Part shown: piece after piece, positions 56,971 to 64,000 of the stretch
Position numbering within the stretch: the first letter of the stretch is position 1
How the letters are laid out: the number at the start of each line of letters is the position of its first letter
Assembly (NCBI GenBank): GCA_043814605.1
Contig: JBDRJV010000005.1
Location: 11,453 to 75,452 of the forward strand
DNA: 64,000 nt
Origin: Candidatus Omnitrophota bacterium
GTDB lineage: Bacteria; Omnitrophota; Gorgyraeia; B26-G9
Reading direction: 5' to 3'
Translations under genes and position numbers: made by a program
Notes under the pieces: generated by a model
What the model was told of the DNA's origin: nothing
The model's input: the letters and a program-made list of their open reading frames with translations, nothing else
Databases searched by the model: none

Positions 56971-59361
56971 ATGATTAATAAAAATTCAGGTATAGCGTTA
57001 ATCTTAAGCGTTGGCATCCTGGCAATCCTGGCTATGGTTGCCATAGGTTTTTCTACTTTTTCCCGTTTAGAATTAAAATCCACAGAGAATTATCTAAATC
57101 AATTAAAATCAGAGTTTATTGCGGAAGCGGCAATTGCGCAAGCCATTAACTATTTAAAGAATTCCAATGAAGGCCCAAGAAATGATCCCTATGATCAGAA
57201 AAATGAAGCTTGGTATTATCAAGGTAATGCCAGCGGTAACGGAGTCAGCGTTGATTTAGTTAATGCGACGCATGTTTCCTTGGATAATTTAAATATAACC
57301 ACAGGTGATGGGATATCCGATCGCTTTGGCGGGGGAAATTTTAAGTTAAAAATAGTTGATTGCGGAAGTTTAATTAATATCAATACTCCGTTAGATAATA
57401 CAGATGATGAAAATGATTTTGAAAATATTCTTGTGGCATTAGGCTTAACCCAGGCTCAAGCGCAAAACCTGATTGTTTATCGTCAAACTTTACCAGAAGG
57501 TAAATTTACATCTCCCGAGGAAATAAAACTGGTTGCGGGTATTGGCCAGGGTACGTATGATTCCCTAAAATATTTTATAACCCTTTATGGAGATGCGGAT
57601 GATGCCCTAGGTCATACTAACCGGGTTTTTATTAATGTGAATACAGCATCAAGTATTGTGCTTTATGCAGTGCTTCGGCCTTTAATGGATAGTCAAGTGC
57701 AATGTAATAATTTAATTAATACGATAATTATCCGTCAAGAGGCAAATCCTTTCGATGGAATTGGACAAGATGCAAATATCCGTGACTTTTGTTCAGCGCG
57801 TGAAGAATTTAAACGTTTTTTAGAATACCAGCAAGGTATGGGAATAATTTCCCAGGCAAATCTAGATAATATTGTGAAAAACACTGATCCGAACAATAAT
57901 ATGACAGATACTACACATTTGGGGTTTGATAGTAATGGATATTATGAAATTGAAGCTATCGGGATTTATCGTAATGCGCAAAAAAGTATAAAAAAAGTAG
58001 TGTATGTTTTTAATAAGCTTTATTATACTTTAGAAACTGAGTTTAATCAGGGTACATTTATGCGCTGTACATCCCGTGTTAATGTACCCGTTAATATTGC
58101 TCAATGCTATGCGGGGTTTAATTATATACCAGAAACTTCTACTGCTGATCCGAATCATGCCCAAACGATTAGCAATTCCATAAAACCCGGGTTTTGGGAT
58201 GATTTTGAAGATATTCCTTATAGTATTTCAGTTTGGGATCCATTACAAGCACAGATTAATGCCACCTCACGCGCAACATATAATATCGCGGCACGGATAC
58301 AAAAAGTAAGCGGTATTTTAGAAAGCACAATGCTTCATACCGGATATTTAAATGTGTATCCCACAAATTTATTTCCTAAAATTCGTTTAGGAATTAGTCC
58401 TGATTTAAATTGGATTTGGGGGAACGGTCTTATAATTGTGCATATTGAAGATGAAATGGATTATTATGATTCAGTGGGAAATTTAATTGATGCTGATTAT
58501 ACAAGGGGTAACTTACCTTGGCCGGCAGTGCCATTCGGATATGGTGCTCCTCCCGGACCTTATCCTAATGATGGGAATCCAGTGGATAGCACATTTTCTT
58601 ATGAAAAATATATGAACTGTGGCTGGCTGCTTTTTAAGATCAGAGGAACACGAGAGCTAGCAGCATATATTGCCAATGAACAAATTGAATCAGGCTGGAC
58701 TTGGGTAGCCATGCAAAATAAATGGCTCTATTTTGTTCCGAATACTTTAAGTAAAAACCTGATAATTTCTCAACTTCTTAATTTAAATTCTAAGGCTTTG
58801 GCTCAATATTATCCGGATAAAACTATTCATGTTACTTCAACCGGTACAACTTCCAGGGCAATAGCATATTGGGCCGGAGGTTCGTCAGCTCCGGAAATAT
58901 CCTGGGATTTTGGCCTGAATGCGCAACCGGGACAAGTTGCTCTATTTGGCATGGATAATTGTCCGAGTATGGATAATGTGCGTGTAATTCCGGAACAAAG
59001 CTATTTCACCTCTGGTTTAAGTGATGATGTGGGCAATGCAGATTGGGGAACAATTAGTGCGGGTGTGACAATTTCAGATGGGGCACAAATCCGGCCGCTA
59101 GATGCTAAAGAAGATGTATCAGTATATTTGACCACAGATCTTACTGATCCGGCTAATGTTGATGATCATCCGGTTACTGACCTGGGCTTAAGTGTAATTC
59201 CGGCATCTGGGGGAGCTTTACCCAGCAACGGTTTATCCAGAATACAATTTCGCGCTTATTTAATGGTTAATTTAGCCAGTTACAATCAAATCCCTGTTTT
59301 AGAAGATATTACGATTACTTATTTACCAAAAACTAAAATTGTTTGGCAAAATAAAAATTAG
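56971..59361 (+). CDS. giant GspK/PilX-like minor pseudopilin (T2SS protein K-like) with HhH region
   Basis: The N-terminal hydrophobic helix GIALILSVGILAILAMVAIGF...SRLE resembles GspK. Helix-hairpin-helix pair LVALGLTQAQAQNLIVYRQ ... PEEIKLVAGIGQGTYDSLKYFITLYG. 796 aa against about 330 for typical GspK. Confidence 0.5.
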   Translation: MINKNSGIALILSVGILAILAMVAIGFSTFSRLELKSTENYLNQLKSEFIAEAAIAQAINYLKNSNEGPRNDPYDQKNEAWYYQGNASGNGVSVDLVNATHVSLDNLNITTGDGISDRFGGGNFKLKIVDCGSLININTPLDNTDDENDFENILVALGLTQAQAQNLIVYRQTLPEGKFTSPEEIKLVAGIGQGTYDSLKYFITLYGDADDALGHTNRVFINVNTASSIVLYAVLRPLMDSQVQCNNLINTIIIRQEANPFDGIGQDANIRDFCSAREEFKRFLEYQQGMGIISQANLDNIVKNTDPNNNMTDTTHLGFDSNGYYEIEAIGIYRNAQKSIKKVVYVFNKLYYTLETEFNQGTFMRCTSRVNVPVNIAQCYAGFNYIPETSTADPNHAQTISNSIKPGFWDDFEDIPYSISVWDPLQAQINATSRATYNIAARIQKVSGILESTMLHTGYLNVYPTNLFPKIRLGISPDLNWIWGNGLIIVHIEDEMDYYDSVGNLIDADYTRGNLPWPAVPFGYGAPPGPYPNDGNPVDSTFSYEKYMNCGWLLFKIRGTRELAAYIANEQIESGWTWVAMQNKWLYFVPNTLSKNLIISQLLNLNSKALAQYYPDKTIHVTSTGTTSRAIAYWAGGSSAPEISWDFGLNAQPGQVALFGMDNCPSMDNVRVIPEQSYFTSGLSDDVGNADWGTISAGVTISDGAQIRPLDAKEDVSVYLTTDLTDPANVDDHPVTDLGLSVIPASGGALPSNGLSRIQFRAYLMVNLASYNQIPVLEDITITYLPKTKIVWQNKN

Positions 59362-59439
59362 AAATTTTTTGCCGTATATATTATAATAAACAGCTAATAA
59401 ATTTAAAACTTTAATAATTTTTAAAAGGAGGTGTGGTTT

Positions 59440-59766
59440 TTGGAAGAACGCAGAAAATCACAAAGGTTAGAGAGAAATATGCCGGCGCGCTATAAAACCG
59501 GAAACAAAAATCAGATTGATCAAAAAATTCAAAATGTGAAATCAGAAAATATTTCAACAGGCGGATTAAAGTTGATTACGTCCCGGCAGATGGAAATAGG
59601 AACGGAAGTTAATATCGAAATAAGCGTGGAGGGTTCTTTAAAACCTTTTTATGCGCGGGGTGAAGTTATTTGGGTTAACCAGATTTTGGCACAAGAGGCA
59701 AAAAAATTTGAAGTGGGCATAAAATTCAAACGCGTTATGAGTAAAAAAGATTTAGTCGATTTTTAA
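59440..59766 (+). CDS. PilZ domain protein (c-di-GMP receptor-like)
   Basis: RRKSQR (RxxxR) and ENISTGG (D/NxSxxG) motifs. TTG start 8 nt after AAGGAGG. Confidence 0.6.
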   Translation: MEERRKSQRLERNMPARYKTGNKNQIDQKIQNVKSENISTGGLKLITSRQMEIGTEVNIEISVEGSLKPFYARGEVIWVNQILAQEAKKFEVGIKFKRVMSKKDLVDF

Positions 59767-59898
59767 TAGATTCAATTAAATTTAAGCTTTATTTTTGATT
59801 TTTTTAAAGTTTATGCTAAAATACCAATTAATTATTTTAAAATAATTACAGACAAGCTGTGAGACTAAATTCAGGGCATCAAATTTAAAGGAATTTTT

Positions 59899-60261
59899 GT
59901 GGACCAAAGTACAGATAAAAGAAGGCATTATCGCCTCGCGGCTTTTTTAGAAGGTACTTTTAAAACTCAAGACGAAAAAACCGGCTTGATTATGATTACT
60001 AATTTTACCCGGGAAGGGGTAAAAGGATCTTTAAACCGTAAAATTGGGATTAATCAGATAATCAAAATAGAAATGTGGGTTCCGGGAAGTATTATTCCTA
60101 TTTTTGCTCAAGGAGAAGTAGTCTGGATAAAAAATGCAGATTGGGAATGGACCTATCAATTTGATGCCGGAATAAAAATAATTGAAATCGATATTGAAGA
60201 TAGACAAAGAATCTTGGATTTTGCTTATGAGCATTGGCGTAATGCCCGGGGGAAAGTATGA
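59899..60261 (+). CDS. PilZ-like domain protein
   Basis: RRHYR and NFTREG motifs. GTG start; the stop overlaps the pyk ATG (ATGA). Confidence 0.5.
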   Translation: MDQSTDKRRHYRLAAFLEGTFKTQDEKTGLIMITNFTREGVKGSLNRKIGINQIIKIEMWVPGSIIPIFAQGEVVWIKNADWEWTYQFDAGIKIIEIDIEDRQRILDFAYEHWRNARGKV

Positions 60262-61685
60262 GACAATATTGGAATAATACTAAAGTAATTTGTACGATTG
60301 GTCCGGCCTGCAATCACCGGGGTATTTTAAAAAAGATGATTTTATCCGGTATGGATATAGCGCGTTTCAACTTTTCACACGGCAAACCGGAAGAACATGT
60401 GCGTCAGATAAAAATCGTTAAATCTCTGGAGGCGGATTTAAAAATGCCAGTCGGCGTTTTACAGGATTTGCCGGGTCCGAAAATAAGAATCGGAGCATTA
60501 AAAAATGAATCTATATTTTTAAAAGAAGGGGAGCTGTTTTACCTGAGCAGTAAAACAATTATCGGGACAAAAGAAGGGGTTTCGGTGAATCATCCGGCTT
60601 TTATAAAACAGCTTAAAAAAAATAGCGTAGTTTATTTAAATGACGGTATGGTAAAACTGGTTGTTATTTCAAAATCTCCGGATCGGGTGATATGCTCTGT
60701 TTTATCCGGCGGTAGGATTTATTCCAAAAAAGGGGTGAGCTGTCCGAATCAGTTTTTAAATCTTAGCGCAGTGACGCCGTATGATCTTGAGTGTTTAAAA
60801 TATGGGATAGAAGCTGGGGTTGATTTTATTGCAGTATCTTTTGTCCAGTCAGCAAAAGACATCCTCAAAATAAAAAACTATTTAACACAAAAAAATAAAC
60901 AGATTTTTGTAATTGCGAAAATTGAGAGAAAAATAGCCTTTGAGGATATTGATAATATTATAAAAATAAGCGATGCCGTAATGGTGGCCCGGGGTGATTT
61001 GGGGATTGAAGCAGATTTAGAGGAAGTTCCTTTTTTGCAAAAGGAAATCATAAAAAAATCTAATGCTCTAGGAAAACCGGTTATTACCGCAACCCAAATG
61101 CTAGAATCAATGGTTTATAATCCGCAACCGACGCGGGCAGAGGTTACAGATATTGCCAATGCAATTTTAGACGGGACAGATGCGTTAATGCTTTCTGAGG
61201 AAACAGCGGTGGGTAAATATCCGCTGCAAACTCTAAAAACAATGCTCAAAATTGCAACAAGGAGCGAGCAGGATTTATTTGAATTTAAAAGAAAAATATC
61301 TCCTTGCACGGAAAATAAAGATGCCAATTTAGTCGAGTCATTTTCTGAAGCTTCTGTAAATGTAGCCAGAAATATAAAGGCAAAGGCGATAATTGTTCCG
61401 ACGGCTAATGCAAATGCTATTTCCTGGCTAAGTCGTAAGCGTCCGGATAATATGATTGTGGGAGTTACCGCAAAGCCAGATGTATATAAAAAGTTAATTT
61501 TATTTTGGGGTGTTTATCCGATTCTTGTAAAAAAATTTTACGGGATAGGGCCTGCCCTGGCAAAATGCATGCAACTGGTAAAACAAAAAGGGATTGTAAA
61601 GAAGCATGATAATATTGTGGTTATGTTAACAAACGATAATCTTCTTTTTAATTCAAATATTATGGAAGTTAAAAAAGTTACCTGA
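60258..61685 (+). CDS. pyk: pyruvate kinase
   Basis: TKVICTIGPA ... FNFSHG N-terminus and MVARGDLGIE active site; 475 aa. Confidence 0.9.
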   Translation: MRQYWNNTKVICTIGPACNHRGILKKMILSGMDIARFNFSHGKPEEHVRQIKIVKSLEADLKMPVGVLQDLPGPKIRIGALKNESIFLKEGELFYLSSKTIIGTKEGVSVNHPAFIKQLKKNSVVYLNDGMVKLVVISKSPDRVICSVLSGGRIYSKKGVSCPNQFLNLSAVTPYDLECLKYGIEAGVDFIAVSFVQSAKDILKIKNYLTQKNKQIFVIAKIERKIAFEDIDNIIKISDAVMVARGDLGIEADLEEVPFLQKEIIKKSNALGKPVITATQMLESMVYNPQPTRAEVTDIANAILDGTDALMLSEETAVGKYPLQTLKTMLKIATRSEQDLFEFKRKISPCTENKDANLVESFSEASVNVARNIKAKAIIVPTANANAISWLSRKRPDNMIVGVTAKPDVYKKLILFWGVYPILVKKFYGIGPALAKCMQLVKQKGIVKKHDNIVVMLTNDNLLFNSNIMEVKKVT

Positions 61686-61711
61686 TTAACTTCCCGATTA
61701 GTAATTTAAAT

Positions 61712-62998
61712 ATGATGAAAAGCTTAAAAAAAATAAAGATTATTTTTTCTAAAATTGGGAGAGTTTTTTTTGTTTTTATCCTGTTTTTTCTCTTAAATTT
61801 TAAGTTATGTTATGCGGTAGATATTCCTCGGATTGCTAAAATTTATCCTGAGTACGGAAAGATAAATGTAGATACTCTTACCGAAATATCCATAATTTTT
61901 AATACACAAATGGATAAAGAATCTATTGAAAAAAATTTTTTTATCTATCCGGAAATCAAGGGTGAATTCAGTTGGCAGGAAAATACGCTTATTTTTAAAC
62001 CTCAAGAACCTCTCTTGCCGTCAACGTCATACTTTGTCACGTTTACTCCGCAATTAAAAACAACAAAAAATATTCCTTTGGTTTTAACTTATTTTTCTAC
62101 TCCGGCCCAGGGACTATGCTTAGGTTTAAATGGTAACATTAATATTGTTAGTATTAATGGAAAGTCCGAAGAAATACCGGTTAAAGGTATGAATCCGGTT
62201 TGGACGCCGGATAACAAAAGAGTTATTTATGAGTATCAGGGGAAAATCTGGCAAGTTAATACGAACGGGGAAAATAGTGTTCCGTTACTTGAGGATGGTT
62301 TTACTTTTCAGGCTTCCCAGCCGGAATGCAACCCTGTCGCAGATTTAATCGCTTTTATCGGAACTAATGCTGCTGAATGTGACAATATTTACACCATTGA
62401 AACAAAGACAAAAATTGTCAAACAGCTAACTTCATTTTTTGAACCAAATTTAATAAATAATTTGCGTTGGTCTCCGGATGGATTGTATCTAGCTTTTTTA
62501 AGAGCTGGCCAAGTCTGGATTATGAATCAGGATGGAACAGGTTTAAGTAAGTTAACAACGGATGAATTAACTTGTAAAACGAATTTTGCCTGGAGCCCGG
62601 GGGGCACAAAAATTGTTTTTAGCGGTGAGGATAATATTTGGATTGGAGATATTTATTCTTATGAGTTAAGAAAAATGACATTTGATAGTCCAAATATAGG
62701 GATGTTAGATTGGTCAAATGATAATAAAATTGTTTTTGAAAGCGAAGGGATTACAATTATGAATGCGGATGGCAGTAATGAATTACAGATTACCACGGCA
62801 GGGAAAAAACCAGTTTGGGTGAATGGCGGGGAAATATTAAGTTTTGTGTTGCCTTTACATAAAGATGATTATAGCGCCCAATTATGGATCATGAGTGCTA
62901 ACGGGATGAGTAAAGATAAAATTGCGGTTCTGGACTGGCGTTATCCGGGAATTAGCTGGTCAAAAAACTTGGGTTTTAAAAAATTATTTTCGCCTTAA
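61712..62998 (+). CDS. secreted protein with N-terminal Ig-like domain and TolB-like PD40 beta-propeller repeats
   Basis: Signal peptide. Repeated W(T/S)PDG motifs (VWTPDNKRVIY, LRWSPDGLYLAF, FAWSPGGTKIVF). Confidence 0.5.
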   Translation: MMKSLKKIKIIFSKIGRVFFVFILFFLLNFKLCYAVDIPRIAKIYPEYGKINVDTLTEISIIFNTQMDKESIEKNFFIYPEIKGEFSWQENTLIFKPQEPLLPSTSYFVTFTPQLKTTKNIPLVLTYFSTPAQGLCLGLNGNINIVSINGKSEEIPVKGMNPVWTPDNKRVIYEYQGKIWQVNTNGENSVPLLEDGFTFQASQPECNPVADLIAFIGTNAAECDNIYTIETKTKIVKQLTSFFEPNLINNLRWSPDGLYLAFLRAGQVWIMNQDGTGLSKLTTDELTCKTNFAWSPGGTKIVFSGEDNIWIGDIYSYELRKMTFDSPNIGMLDWSNDNKIVFESEGITIMNADGSNELQITTAGKKPVWVNGGEILSFVLPLHKDDYSAQLWIMSANGMSKDKIAVLDWRYPGISWSKNLGFKKLFSP

Positions 62999-64000
62999 AT
63001 GAGCCGCGGGGATTTTAAGCGCATTTCTGTATTTAGTTACGGTCCGCCGCGAAATATGCATACCTTTTTCTTTCAGAATATTCACTAGTTCCTGATCGGT
63101 CAAGGGAGAATGGGCAGGCTCGGTTTTAATTAATTCATCAATTGTTGCTTTTATTTTTTGATTGGAAAGCTCTCCCGCCTGAGAATTAATAGCTTGTGAA
63201 AAAAAATTTTTTAACTCAAAAGTCCCGTAAGGAGTTTGAATATATTTATTCGCAATTGTCCGGCTGACTGTGGAAGAGTGGATATCTAATTTAAGCGCAA
63301 TATCTTTTAAAGTAAGCGGTTTAAGATTTAAAATGCCTTTTTCAATAAATTCACTTTGAAATTCAATAATAGACTGAGTGACTTTTTTTAAGGTTTGTTC
63401 TCTTTGATTTAATCCGCTGATTAAATTTTCCGCAGTTTTTAATTTTTCCCGTATATATTCAAGGGTTTCTTTGGGGCAATTTTTTTCCTTTAAGAGTTTT
63501 TTGTACATTCCAGAAATGGACAATCGCGGCAGGTTTTTTGAATTGATGATTATTTCAAAACCCTCAGGGGTTTTTTCTAGAATTACATCTGGGACAATAC
63601 GCAGCGCTTCGGTTGCATAATTACGGCAGGGTTTAGGGTCAAGGCTGCTGATTTTCTCTGTGCATTTTTTTACTTGCCCTAGGGTCATTTTTAATGCTTT
63701 ACTGATTTGAGAATATTTTCTTTTAGCAAGTTCGGGCAGGAAATTTTTAACAATAGCTGCTTCCGGTGAATTTTCCTTATTCTGGCGTTTTAGTTGCAGC
63801 AACAGGCATTCTTTAAGATCCCGGGCTCCAATCCCGGCAGGTTCCAGGGTTTGGATTTGTGTTAAAACTTGATTGGCCATATCAATCGTGATGTTTAAAC
63901 TTTTAGCTATTTCTTCCAGCGGTGTTACCAAATATCCATTATCCGCAATATTGCCAATAATTTCTTCGGCGATTAAATGCATTTGTGGCTGGTCATTAAT
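62984..64000 (-). CDS. rpoN: RNA polymerase sigma-54 factor, C-terminal part (5' end beyond window)
   Basis: RpoN box ISRRTVTKYRNALKIPAAHLRRK at the C-terminus and an HTH region upstream. The ORF is open to the window end. Confidence 0.85.
   Translation of the reverse strand: MNDQPQMHLIAEEIIGNIADNGYLVTPLEEIAKSLNITIDMANQVLTQIQTLEPAGIGARDLKECLLLQLKRQNKENSPEAAIVKNFLPELAKRKYSQISKALKMTLGQVKKCTEKISSLDPKPCRNYATEALRIVPDVILEKTPEGFEIIINSKNLPRLSISGMYKKLLKEKNCPKETLEYIREKLKTAENLISGLNQREQTLKKVTQSIIEFQSEFIEKGILNLKPLTLKDIALKLDIHSSTVSRTIANKYIQTPYGTFELKNFFSQAINSQAGELSNQKIKATIDELIKTEPAHSPLTDQELVNILKEKGMHISRRTVTKYRNALKIPAAHLRRK

Noticed and set aside
59362-59430. Possible promoter upstream of the first PilZ gene (TTGCCG ... 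TATAAT).
   Set aside because: The spacing between candidate -35 and -10 elements is too short, and the region is so AT-rich that TATAAT-like hexamers are frequent.
1-64000. Looked for CRISPR arrays, transposases, integrases, phage blocks and tRNA/rRNA genes.
   Set aside because: I found no direct-repeat/spacer arrays, no transposase or integrase-like ORFs, and no tRNA T-arm or anticodon-stem signatures. The only repeats seen are short homopolymer tracts.

Overview
This is an AT-rich (roughly one-third GC by eye) bacterial chromosomal segment with almost all genes on the + strand. Gene content and protein style suggest an uncultivated, pilus-rich lineage; Omnitrophota-like is my guess, not something I could test. 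Annotation rests on recognisable motifs and domain architecture read directly from the ORF translations; no database search was run.

Order of genes along the window:
- A 5'-truncated MiaB-family methylthiotransferase.
- A complete type IV pilus pilM-pilN-pilO-pilP-pilQ operon with terminator.
- A truncated DUF2344 remnant followed by RNase G.
- A housekeeping run: rplU-rpmA-obg-proB-proA-nadD, a DUF21/CBS protein, rsfS, an HD-GYP protein, argS and lpdA.
- A lone lipoyl-domain protein, an Lrp/AsnC regulator with a class I aminotransferase, and a Ski2-like helicase.
- An AEC-type transporter, a large glycosidase-like protein on the minus strand, and sugar-nucleotide enzymes (RmlD-like, UXS-like).
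- A NUDIX / ATP-dependent DNA ligase / orphan AmmeMemoRadiSam-type radical SAM / EndoIII-like / FmdB zinc ribbon / SurE cluster.
- A 590-bp intergenic region holding a strongly promoted ~340-nt candidate structured RNA.
- A pseudopilin translationally coupled to a B12-binding radical SAM enzyme, then a CsaA-like tRNA-binding-domain protein.
- A roughly 20-kb exopolysaccharide and exosortase/PEP-CTERM locus (36.6-56.9 kb). It starts with a second PilQ-type secretin (no OPX/Wza gene anywhere in the locus) and continues with Wzz-like PCP, BY-kinase, Wzx, GT2, a Wzy/O-antigen-ligase-like protein, several GT4s, a WecA-like priming transferase split by a frameshift at a G4 run, a TPR lipoprotein, exosortase, EpsI, and PEP-CTERM-tagged secreted proteins including a GH26-like enzyme.
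- A giant GspK-like pseudopilin followed by two small PilZ proteins, the second coupled to pyruvate kinase.
- A TolB-like beta-propeller protein and the 3' part of rpoN on the minus strand.

I found no CRISPR arrays, transposases, tRNA genes or rRNA genes.
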